Assembly (NCBI RefSeq): GCF_001194135.2
Contig: NC_069000.1
Location: 37,704,920-37,738,384 of the forward strand
Origin: Octopus bimaculoides
Lineage: Eukaryota
Length of the DNA: 33,465 bases
Direction: 5' to 3'
Shown here piece by piece: positions 23,410 through 33,432 of the stretch. Every line of letters begins with the position of its first letter. Within the stretch, counting starts at the first letter, position 1. The position numbers and the translations under genes are program-made. The notes under the pieces were generated by a model. That model worked only from the letters and a program-made list of their open reading frames with translations. It searched no databases and was not told the DNA's origin.

Positions 23410-23585
23410 GAACACTATTCAATTTTTTTTCTCCGTGTTTTTCTCCTTGTCTCCGTATTCTTTCTGTTGAAGAGCGTAGCTCGAAACGTCAAAGACTTTC
23501 CGTATTCCCGAGCGTCATACTAATATATCCTTTTGTTATTTACACCACCTGTCCTCGTCTGTTGTTATTATTTGTATATTCTCCC
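23410..23585 (+). mobile_element. Putative PLE terminal-repeat (pLTR) fragment
   Basis: Pyrimidine-rich segment carrying a minimal hammerhead-like motif; a second partial copy lies at 5103-5165. Confidence 0.6.
23459..23495 (+). ncRNA. Minimal type-I hammerhead ribozyme motif with a non-canonical core (CUGUUGA)
   Basis: Stem I TCTTT/AAAGA, core CTGTTGA-A, stem II GAGC-GTA-GCTC, GAAA, palindromic ACGT stem III, cleavage triplet GTC ending at 23490. Confidence 0.6.
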
Positions 23586-23634
<49 letters not shown>

Positions 23635-23653
23635 CATAAATATAGAATAGTGG

Positions 23654-23657
<4 letters not shown>

Positions 23658-23745
<88 letters not shown>
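23658..23745. repeat. (AT)n(AG)n microsatellite
   Basis: Read directly. Confidence 0.95.
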
Positions 23746-23751
<6 letters not shown>

Positions 23752-23806
23752 GAGATAGATAGATAGAGAAAGAGGGAGAGTGAGATAGAGAGATAGAAAG
23801 AGAGAA

Positions 23807-24000
23807 GTCCTTAGAGGTGTGATTCAAGGTACTGTATTGGGACCACTTTTAATCAATAATTACATAAATGACTTGTAAACCTCACCAAATAAAATAACAC
23901 AAAAATTAAAATGAAATATAAACCTTTGCCTTTGAAAAATTCAACATGGTATGAAACGGAACAAGACCTTCAGTCCGATTTATGCTCTGTGATTCGATGA
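23807..24000 (+). mobile_element. Non-LTR retrotransposon RT fragment (CR1/L2/Jockey-like), decayed
   Basis: VLRGVIQGTVLGPLLINNYINDL matches GVPQGSVLGPLLF..YINDL; downstream QDLQSDLCSVIR* matches LQ.DL..L..W. Confidence 0.82.
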
Positions 24001-24875
24001 ATCCCGGTCCGCCCCTAAATGTTGTTAAACAAGTCAAAATGAACACTCTCCCGTTTAACGGGGGGTATATTGTGATCTCGGTCACTTATATACGCCATGA
24101 TAACCGAGTATCCGGCCTCAAGAGTCCTAAGGCTTAACCCATTGCCTGTTCCGCGTACCTCATGTTTCCCCGGCGTTCATACATCATATATAATGCACAT
24201 TCTCAACTTTTTTTTCAACCACCTGAGTAACTTGAGACATTTGAAAGGACCGTACAAGACAAGGGCTAACTAAATGTTTGAAAACAACCATAGACATTGG
24301 AGACAAACTTAAGAACGTCTTAAATAACGATAAAAGAGTTTTGCAAGGAGACGGCTGTCTTATCTACATAGCTTAATGTGTCTTGGTGTTGGTGGGCTAA
24401 TGAATACTGTTAGTGTTAAAACGGTGGTTAATAAGTAATATAGTTCATTGCCAGGATAGTAAAGTTATCGTTCGTTTATAGCTATCTTAGTTATCTAGGC
24501 GGACATTTGTCTTATCTTCGTTAACGGACCCAATGTACCTTGGTGTTGGAGGCCTAATGACATTGTTAGTTATTAAAACAGTTGTTGTGATGGTAAAACA
24601 GAGCAAACGTCATACAAGCGGAACAATCATGATGTTTGCTAACAGAACTTAGCACTGGATATGAAGATATGACGATGGAAAAAAAAAGGGTATGGATGCT
24701 GAAGTATGTAGAATGAAAACATGAAAAGGTTGTGAGGGCAATGTACGGGTTATTAACTCCGGAAACAGCCACTGAGATGACATAACCTGGTTGAAGGCAA
24801 AGGAGTGGAAGTTACAAGCTAAGAATGGTTTAATAATCAAACGCATGAGTTACACACAACTAACAACTCTCTATC

Positions 24876-24969
24876 CCTTTTTCTCTCTCTCTGTTTCTCT
24901 TTTTCTCTCTCTCTCTGTTTCTCTTTCTCTCTCTCTCAGTTTCTCTTTCTCTCTCTCTCTGTTTCTCTT

Positions 24970-25003
<34 letters not shown>
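24876..25003. repeat. (CT)n-rich and (CA)n microsatellite
   Basis: Read directly. Confidence 0.9.
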
Positions 25004-25004
<1 letters not shown>

Positions 25005-25078
25005 TACACAAAGTAAAAGAAAACATACACATACGCATATAAGTGCACGTGTGTTATATTTGTAAGTGCATTATATGT

Positions 25079-25118
<40 letters not shown>

Positions 25119-25156
25119 AGGTCTGTTATAGACGAGTGTGTGCGTTATATGTATGT

Positions 25157-25191
<35 letters not shown>

Positions 25192-25220
25192 TGTGTGCGT
25201 ATGCTTTATATATATATATA

Positions 25221-25441
25221 TACGAAGAGGTGCCGAAAAGTTCCCGGCTTTGGGTAAAAGAAAATACAAGGGGATCTGTTAATTCCGATCTTATCCTACA
25301 TACTCCCCTTACAGATTTACACACTTATTACAGCTGTCCTTCAGTTTTTCTTAGTCCTGTCAAAGAGCTCGAAAAGTTGGGCCTCCAACCCGGCCTTTCA
25401 TGACACCTTTAAAGTCAGGAACTTTTCAGCACCCTCTCGTA
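25221..25441 (-). mobile_element. Complete 221-bp mariner-derived MITE with TIRs and TA target sites
   Basis: TAcgaagaggtgccgaaaagttcccggcttt ... aaagtcaggaacttttcagcaccctctcgTA form imperfect ~30-bp TIRs; the interior is homologous to 9157-9333. Confidence 0.92.
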
Positions 25442-25457
25442 AGTGTGCGCGTTAATA

Positions 25458-25841
25458 TTCTTTTACTTGTTTCAGGCATTTGACTGCGACCATGCTGGAG
25501 CATCGCTTTTAGTCGAGCAAAGTTATTCTTTGTAGGCCTAGTACTTATTCGATCAGTCTCTTTTGCCGAACTACTAAGTTACAGGGACGTAAACATACCA
25601 TCATCGGCCGTCAAGCGATGTTGGGGAGATACACACACACACACACTCACACTCACGCCTATATATATATATATGTACGATGGGCTTCCTTCAGTTTCCG
25701 TCTACCAAATCCACTCACAAGGCTTTGGTCGGTCCAAGGCTATAGTAGAAAACACTTACCCAAGGTGTCACGCAGTGGTACTGAACCCGGAACCATGTGG
25801 TTGGTAAGCAAGCTTCTTAACATACAGCCACTCCTGGGCCT
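25458..25841 (-). mobile_element. SINE family B, full length
   Basis: Reverse complement: ggcccaggagtggctgtatg...ggttccgggttcagtacc...ccttgggtaagtg...internal (TA)/(TG) tract...gaaacaagtaaaagaa. Confidence 0.92.
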
Positions 25842-26070
25842 ATGCGTATGTGTGTGCATCACATGCACGTGTAAGTTATATATCTGCGTCTGCCTTATAC
25901 ATGTCTACGTTATGTATGTGTCCGTTATATATATATGTATATGTTATATATGTGTTTGTGCCTTATATATGTATATGTGATTATATATATGTATGCGTTA
26001 TGCATGTGTCTGTAACAGTGTTCTTGCATATATTTTTAACAATTTGAATTATTTTCGTAACGATGGTTTC

Positions 26071-26161
26071 ATAAGACCAATAGTTTTTGAGAGGAAGGGG
26101 CTTGTCGATTACATCGACCCCCAGCATTCAACTGATATTTATTTTACCGACCCTTGAAAGG
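26071..26161 (-). mobile_element. SINE family A, 3' fragment
   Basis: gtcgattacatcgacccccag...ttattttaccgaccc. Confidence 0.6.
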
Positions 26162-26637
26162 GAACCAATTAGTCAAGACGTCAGTCATCTAATAACCATG
26201 TGAATTCGATATCATAAACTTCATTTTTAAATACATTTATGTCTTCCTGAAAAGTGATAACCAGACAGGAATAGGCGAACGTATTACGAGTAACGCCCAA
26301 CATAGCACGCACACGCACACACACACACACACACACTGAGCGATTACTATCGTTCGTTATCTTCTGCCATATGTCTCACCATATGTCTTTTTTCTCTGGA
26401 AATATGAGAGCGGGACAGAATGTATAATAAATTATACGAAGCATCTAGAATGTTTTCTCCTTGTAAATATATTACATTAAGTTAGAGTTGGAATTATATG
26501 AGAGATAATTTAGATAAATAAAATGTAAAAAGGCAGCTGAATGAAGTGAAGTCCAACAATGGAAATAGAAACTTCATTCGTATCTAAAATTCGAAAAGGA
26601 AAATTAAAATTCGCAGTCAATTTCACCCGGAGCGTTT

Positions 26638-26669
26638 TGTGTGTGTGTGTGTGTGTGTGTGTATAAAAA

Positions 26670-26720
<51 letters not shown>

Positions 26721-26721
26721 G

Positions 26722-26784
<63 letters not shown>

Positions 26785-26787
26785 TTG

Positions 26788-26823
<36 letters not shown>
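26638..26823. repeat. (GT)n and long (TATC)n microsatellite running into a gap
   Basis: Read directly. Confidence 0.95.
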
Positions 26824-27304
26824 NNNNNNNNNNNNNNNNNNNNNNNNNNNNNNNNNNNNNNNNNNNNNNNNNNNNNNNNNNNNNNNNNNNNNNNNNNNNN
26901 NNNNNNNNNNNNNNNNNNNNNNNNNNNNNNNNNNNNNNNNNNNNNNNNNNNNNNNNNNNNNNNNNNNNNNNNNNNNNNNNNNNNNNNNNNNNNNNNNNNN
27001 NNNNNNNNNNNNNNNNNNNNNNNNNNNNNNNNNNNNNNNNNNNNNNNNNNNNNNNNNNNNNNNNNNNNNNNNNNNNNNNNNNNNNNNNNNNNNNNNNNNN
27101 NNNNNNNNNNNNNNNNNNNNNNNNNNNNNNNNNNNNNNNNNNNNNNNNNNNNNNNNNNNNNNNNNNNNNNNNNNNNNNNNNNNNNNNNNNNNNNNNNNNN
27201 NNNNNNNNNNNNNNNNNNNNNNNNNNNNNNNNNNNNNNNNNNNNNNNNNNNNNNNNNNNNNNNNNNNNNNNNNNNNNNNNTTTTTTTTTTTTTTTTTTTT
27301 TTTT

Positions 27305-27710
27305 GATATAACTTTTGGTTCCTCCTCCATGCTTCAGTGGTTCAGCTATGAAGCTGTCGATTTCTACAGATTTTCTGTCTTTCAAGGACTGCAGCTTTGA
27401 CTTCCTCTTACATGATTAGGCAGTAATTATCATTGGAAGATTCCTGTTCGCTCAGCACACTAGGATATCTGCTGCTGTGGTATTTGTATCCACCATTCCA
27501 TCATTTTTCTTTCCGCTAGCTCCTCCGCTCCATTTTTATCTTTGATGGTGTTTATTTTCAGTTTAACTTCTTTGGTGAGATCTTTTACTTCTTGGAATGC
27601 TTCCTTGTGTTATTACTGAAAAAGTTGTCAATGGTTTGTCATTGTTCAGTTACACATCTTTGTTTTGCTACCCTAATTTCCCTCTGAATTTTCTTGACGA
27701 TTTCCTGATA
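27305..27710 (-). mobile_element. RTE-clade LINE ORF2 fragment (endonuclease-RT linker), decayed
   Basis: Minus frames give YQEIVKKIQREIRVAKQR, AFQEVKDLT, TIKDKNG, EEVKAAV and LKDRKSVEIDSFIAEPLKHGG, corresponding to AKE.W, AYQ.VK.LT, IQDK.G, EEV.AA and LK.GKSAG.D.IPAEL..GG. Confidence 0.82.
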
Positions 27711-28581
27711 TCCGCACATATAATATTTCTATGAGAATATATATTCTTATATACATATATACAATATATGTGCATTCTTACATACACATATGCTTTTGTT
27801 CTTGTATAAATATATACTTCGCATTCTTATTTACATATATATGTAGAATATGTATATCCTTATATACATGTATACGTTATATGTATATTCTAATATACAC
27901 ATACTCAGTATATAAGATACGTGGTGTTTTCGTTAGGGTGACTCAAAATAATAAGTATGCACTCTGAGTGCTCATACTGTGCTCTGAATGCCACTAAAAT
28001 TCCGGTTTGAACTGCTGTTGAACTTGTGATTTTGTGATTGCCTTTTTAAAGCGGCTAGAAGTGACCTCTCCTTGAGCCAGTATGTCTAGGTTATAGCAGC
28101 AATGAAAAGATAATCGGTTTGGCAATACTTGACAAGGATATTTAATTTAGATATATAATAAAAAGATCTACATTTTATATGCATATTTTTAAATATATGT
28201 ATATTCTTATATACATATATACTTTCATATTCTCTTTTGGATGAAAAGTCTGATTGGTCTGCTCGAGTGAAAATACTTGATTCTCTGCAGCTTGAACAAT
28301 ATTCAGTTGCTGATCAGGGTACTCAGTGGTTAGTTACTTTCGAATGAGCAAAAACTAAAAATTTTCTTTACAACGCACTGGTGATATTCCTATTTCTGTA
28401 TCTGACACTCTTCTTCCTGCCGAATACTTTCAACATAAACGACGAAGACTGGAATCGTCTTTTACGTTGACCTTATTCTGCAGACCTTGCTTCGAATTAC
28501 CAAATTACTCCTTCGACTAAATCAACCTCTATGAAAGCTGATTCTCTTTATTGAACTCGACACTATTTTCACTCCGAGTGA

Positions 28582-28704
28582 ACTCAAATCCCACCGGGGA
28601 CCTTATCAGGGTTAATAAAATAAATACCAATTACCAGTTGAGCACAGGGATCAAAAAATTGACTTGCCCTACCTCTCCTCAAATTGCTGACCTTGTGCCA
28701 AAAT
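28582..28704 (+). mobile_element. SINE family A, diverged 3' part
   Basis: tcaaatcccaccg...taccagttgagcac...aaattgctgaccttgtgccaaaat. Confidence 0.65.
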
Positions 28705-29308
28705 AAGCAAGAATTATTTTTACTCTGAGCGTATTCTTCATCTGTATAAGTTTCATTCACTTTTCTGCTAGTTTTCATTCTTTTACCGTAGTTGTTATTC
28801 CTTCCTGTGTTTCTACTCCAGAAGCTTCTTTCTTCGAATTCCTGTCCTGTGAAACTCTCTTCCTTTTCGGCCCTCTCATGAATATCGTCTCAAGTCTTTA
28901 GATTTCTTGCGTTGATTGTTTTTATCATTCTTAGGACAGTTTCTCAAGAGATTCCTTTTGTTTTTGTTTTGCTTTTTCTTTGTTTTTCTTTTGTAAAACT
29001 CCTAACACACTAAGTGGTTGCTTGGGGCCTATCATATCATTACTTACTCGCTATTTTCGTAGGAGTGGTTTGAACACACACACACACATGTATATATATG
29101 TATATATATATATATATNNNNNNNNNNNNNNNNNNNNNNNNNNNNNNNNNNNNNNNNNNNNNNNNNNNNNNNNNNNNNNNNNNNNNNNNNNNNNNNNNNN
29201 NNNNNNNNNNNNNNNNNNNNNNNNNNNNNNNNNNNNNNNNNNNNNNNNNNNNNNNNNNNNNNNNNNNNNNNNNNNNNNNNNNNNNNNNNNNNNNNNNNNN
29301 NNNNNNNN

Positions 29309-29358
<50 letters not shown>
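29309..29358. repeat. (AAT)n microsatellite
   Basis: Read directly. Confidence 0.95.
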
Positions 29359-29362
<4 letters not shown>

Positions 29363-29434
29363 GGATAAAAATCATTAATGATTTATACCAAGTGATCAGC
29401 GCGGAAATAAAACCTCATAGGTACATTTTATAGA

Positions 29435-29466
29435 TAACTAGCAGAGATACCCGGCCTTGCTTGGGA
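29435..29466 (+). mobile_element. Possible Helitron/Helentron-type terminus
   Basis: taactagcagagatacccggccttgcttggg resembles the ACTAG...CCCGGCGTTGC.CGGG ends of invertebrate non-autonomous Helitrons; no opposite end seen. Confidence 0.35.
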
Positions 29467-29490
29467 TTAAGATGGCATAGATTTTTATTG

Positions 29491-29525
29491 CTTTACTTAT
29501 TTCAGTAATGTGACTGCGGCCATGG
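29491..29525 (-). mobile_element. SINE family B, extreme 3' fragment
   Basis: tttacttatttcagtaatgtgactgcggccatg. Confidence 0.55.
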
Positions 29526-29559
29526 TGCCTTCGTCTTTTGTTTTTTGTGAATTCTCCCC

Positions 29560-29656
29560 CTACATACATACATACATACATACATACATGCATACATACA
29601 TACACTCATACACACATACACACATACATACATACCTACACACATACATACATGCA

Positions 29657-29688
<32 letters not shown>

Positions 29689-29689
29689 C
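29560..29689. repeat. (CATA)n microsatellite
   Basis: Read directly. Confidence 0.9.
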
Positions 29690-30185
29690 ATGAAATCCAA
29701 ACTATATGTTAATGGGTCTAAGAAATGCAACTTATGCGTAGCAGAAAGATTTCATATGTTTCTTGGGTGCAACAATTCCAACATACTGCTTAATTCAAAA
29801 TCTGATATTTTTAGCAGGTGTAGACACATGGACAAGTTCCTTTTATCAAATTGGCGGTCACCAAGCGCTCCTGATCGAGTTGTTGTCACGCAAACTGACA
29901 TATTTTCTGTTATTTTGTTCAATATCAGTTGTATTTAATGAATTTTCTGCAATCAGGAAGGACAAGGATCTTTGTTTCCTTGATTTCGTTTCTTTTTTTT
30001 TCTCGTTCCATTTTTTGCACCAACCTTCTTCGCGTTTTATCCCCGTCTTTTTCTTATTTTCTTACTGTCCAGCGTCCTTGTTTTCTAAAATGTATATAAC
30101 GCACAAACAGAGTGCTTTAAGGTACATAGTGTATTTTATAAATATGCCTGTTCAAGTATCATAAAAGCATGAAACTATTAGTAGC
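29690..30185 (+). mobile_element. PLE 3' end (GIY-YIG C-terminus plus downstream region)
   Basis: YVNGSKKCNLCVAERFHM...LLNSKSDIFSRCRHMDKFLLSNW (coding remnant to ~29854) matches the PLE C-terminal pattern Y.N..K.C.LC..EK...LLNKRSE...CRH.NKFLL. Confidence 0.85.
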
Positions 30186-30325
30186 TCTTTCGGTTGTGTA
30201 TTTAAGTTGATATGTATGTATGTATGCATGTATGCATATACACATGACCGCATGCACACACTTACACAAATACGCACATACACATACACATACTTACTTA
30301 CATACATACATAATACATACATACA

Positions 30326-30361
<36 letters not shown>

Positions 30362-31863
30362 TATACACACACATGTAGGCACACACAACAATATACGTAT
30401 AATAGCGTATAGTGATCTCCGTGTATGTATATTTTCACTATTTATATAAAAGATCCTATTGCAGTATTTACGGCTCTAAGTAGCAGAATCTTCCTAACCT
30501 AATTAATTACTCCTACAGTTAAGAAAATAAAACTTGAGTCAACGTTTACGTTCAAGTAATAAATTGAAGGTAAAGTGGATGAGAAAAAGATTGAGAAAGA
30601 AAAAAAAAATTACCTGATAGGCTCTAATTCAACGTAGGTAACTATAGCAACCGTAGTAACTCAACTCAGCGTATCTTCAATACATTTAATTACCAAGTTA
30701 AATACTGGGTGGCGCTGTAGTCTGAGTGGGTGTATTCTGATATCTCAGCAGGACTTGCCGCCTTGGTAACTAGATATGTTATATATTTAGAGCAGATGAG
30801 TTCCTCCCATCCCATCAGCCAATTATATGCTCTATACGTAAATAAGCATTTCTATTATACATCCAGCACAAAAAGTTAAAACGCATTTACTTTGGACTCG
30901 TCTAAGACTCGCCATTTATTAGTTAGTCGTCTAAAACTAGTGAAACATTAGACGGGAGTCAGTGAAATCTCGATATCATCTTTTAGTTATGCCTCGAACG
31001 AAATATCCTATTTTCATGATTATTTTTATGTTCTTTTTTCATTTCTTGATTTCCGATTCTGTTTTTTTTCTTTTAGCTTTTTGAGCCAGGAATAAGCGGA
31101 AAGATTGAATATTTTAATTCATACATCTGGTTGTCTTTTATATTTTGTTTTTGTTTATATAACATGTGTATAGTTAATTAATTATTATTAAATCATTCAG
31201 TATCAACCGCTCATTTGGTTGTTAATCCCGTAGCCTAAGCTACAAGAAACATGTAGTTTAATGCAAAATCGTTGTAAAGGCACGCTTCGATGCAAGTTAT
31301 TAGCTGGGATATTTATCTAACGTATCAAATTTAACCTCATGGTGTACGGCTTTCAACCGTGACCAGTTTGGAGTCTATTGTGCTTAGGTTACCTTTTGAA
31401 AAGATCATCATCATTTCTAAAGTGTTACATGGGTTGTCTGTGCGTCGTTCTGTTGTAATTGCTCATATTTCGACGTCTTAATTAAAGGGCTTAGAACATG
31501 AATAGATAGTTATCTATGCATATAAATATACATATAATGATATAGCTACATACATGTACGTATGTGTGTGTGTGTGCGATTGTTCTCTTCTGTTTTCAAT
31601 TATTTAAAATCCTCCGGTAAGGAAGAAGCTGGTTCCTAACAAAAATGCCAAGCTTCATCGTTGGAAAGTAGGTATCAAAAGTCGTGCGTATTTTTACTCC
31701 TCTTTTTACAGATTCTGTTTGTAATGTTGGGGTTCGCTCTTGATTCCCTTTTCCCGAAAACATTTCCGGATTGGCACTCGGGGGCATTTATTCGCAAAGC
31801 CAAGAACACCAATAATCATTATTGATATATGCACGAAATTATAATATGTATATAGAAACTGGA

Positions 31864-32171
31864 GGAGGCGCAATGGCCCAGTGGTTAGGGCAGCGGACTC
31901 GCGGTCATAGGATCGCGGTTTCGATTCCCAGACCGGGGCGTTGTGAGTGTTTATTGAGCGAAAACACCTGAAAGCTCTACGAGGTTCCGGCAGGGGATGG
32001 TGGCGAACCCTGCTGTACTCTTTCACCACAACTTTCTCTCACTCTTACTTCCTGTTTCTGTTGTGCCTGTAATTCAAAGGGTCAGCCTTGTCACACTGTG
32101 TCACGCTGAATATCTCCGAGAACTACGTTAAGTGTACATGTGTCTGTGGAGTGCTCAGCCACTTGCACGTT
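31864..32171 (+). mobile_element. SINE family C (tRNA-derived), 3' end in a gap
   Basis: A-box TGGCCCAGTGG (31874-31884), B-box GGTTTCGATTCCC (31918-31930); tail shared with 16789-17072. Confidence 0.92.
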
Positions 32172-32912
32172 NNNNNNNNNNNNNNNNNNNNNNNNNNNNN
32201 NNNNNNNNNNNNNNNNNNNNNNNNNNNNNNNNNNNNNNNNNNNNNNNNNNNNNNNNNNNNNNNNNNNNNNNNNNNNNNNNNNNNNNNNNNNNNNNNNNNN
32301 NNNNNNNNNNNNNNNNNNNNNNNNNNNNNNNNNNNNNNNNNNNNNNNNNNNNNNNNNNNNNNNNNNNNNNNNNNNNNNNNNNNNNNNNNNNNNNNNNNNN
32401 NNNNNNNNNNNNNNNNNNNNNNNNNNNNNNNNNNNNNNNNNNNNNNNNNNNNNNNNNNNNNNNNNNNNNNNNNNNNNNNNNNNNNNNNNNNNNNNNNNNN
32501 NNNNNNNNNNNNNNNNNNNNNNNNNNNNNNNNNNNNNNNNNNNNNNNNNNNNNNNNNNNNNNNNNNNNNNNNNNNNNNNNNNNNNNNNNNNNNNNNNNNN
32601 NNNNNNNNNNNNNNNNNNNNNNNNNNNNNNNNNNNNNNNNNNNNNNNNNNNNNNNNNNNNNNNNNNNNNNNNNNNNNNNNNNNNNNNNNNNNNNNNNNNN
32701 NNNNNNNNNNNNNNNNNNNNNNNNNNNNNNNNNNNNNNNNNNNNNNNNNNNNNNNNNNNNNNNNNNNNNNNNNNNNNNNNNNNNNNNNNNNNNNNNNNNN
32801 NNNNNNNNNNNNNNNNNNNNNNNNNNNNNNNNNNNNNNNNNNNNNNNNNNNNNNNNNNNNNNNNNNNNNNNNNNNNNNNNNNNNNNNNNNNNNNNNNNNN
32901 NNNNNNNNNNNN

Positions 32913-33330
32913 TAGAGAGAATCACATCTTTAATTGTAGATTTCGCCTTACAAGTTGAGGTTTTATTGATATGTGCCCGGATTTTTAATACTATTTTTCT
33001 TCTTCTGGTGGTAGAAGCGCTCCTACGACTTCTACACACCACTTTCCTTGGATAATGGAACTGCAACTATAACATCTTACATATATTTAAATTTTTGCTT
33101 TTATTCCCTTTATACTTCTTATTTCCACCCTTTTCCAAAATAACTCCTTATATTGAACTCTACTACTTACCTTTATGTAACCATCTCACATCGCCTCTGA
33201 TGAAGGGATATCCCCAATATCCCAGAAACAGCTGTAAGACAAACTTTCTCTTTATAAATGTCCTGAAAGTTCCACACAGCTTTATTTAACATATACATGC
33301 TCATAAAAGACCCGCATTAGACCATTAGAC
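32913..33330 (+). mobile_element. PLE 3' end / terminal repeat
   Basis: Contains a canonical-core minimal hammerhead; the 5' edge reads RESHL, a possible decayed RE..FI..F.P.LN GIY-YIG terminus (weak). Confidence 0.65.
33191..33242 (+). ncRNA. Minimal type-I hammerhead ribozyme motif
   Basis: CTGATGA (33197-33203), stem II GGGATAT/ATATCCC, GAAA (33225-33228), palindromic ACAGCTGT stem III, cleavage triplet GTA ending at 33236, stem I with 4 of 6 pairs. Confidence 0.78.
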
Positions 33331-33432
33331 TCCTCACTGGTGTTATTATCGAACCGATAGTTTAACTACAAACCTTCCATAGCGCTTACATAGCCTTACC
33401 TGCCACCTTGGATTTTCTGGGTACCAATACCT

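Noticed and set aside
24690-24800. Faint resemblance to an RTE 3' region
   Set aside because: Only 6-9 nt matches; not supportable.
30895-30960. Imperfect inverted repeat GACTCGTCTAA / TTAGACGGGAGTC
   Set aside because: Short, single copy and no target-site duplication.
31864-31935. tRNA-like sequence with A and B boxes (also at other SINE heads)
   Set aside because: These are SINE heads continuing into SINE bodies without a complete cloverleaf, not tRNA genes.
652-33066. Long ORFs in the supplied track
   Set aside because: They span N-gaps or translate microsatellites (YIYI, THTH, YLSI, CVCV); they are not genes.
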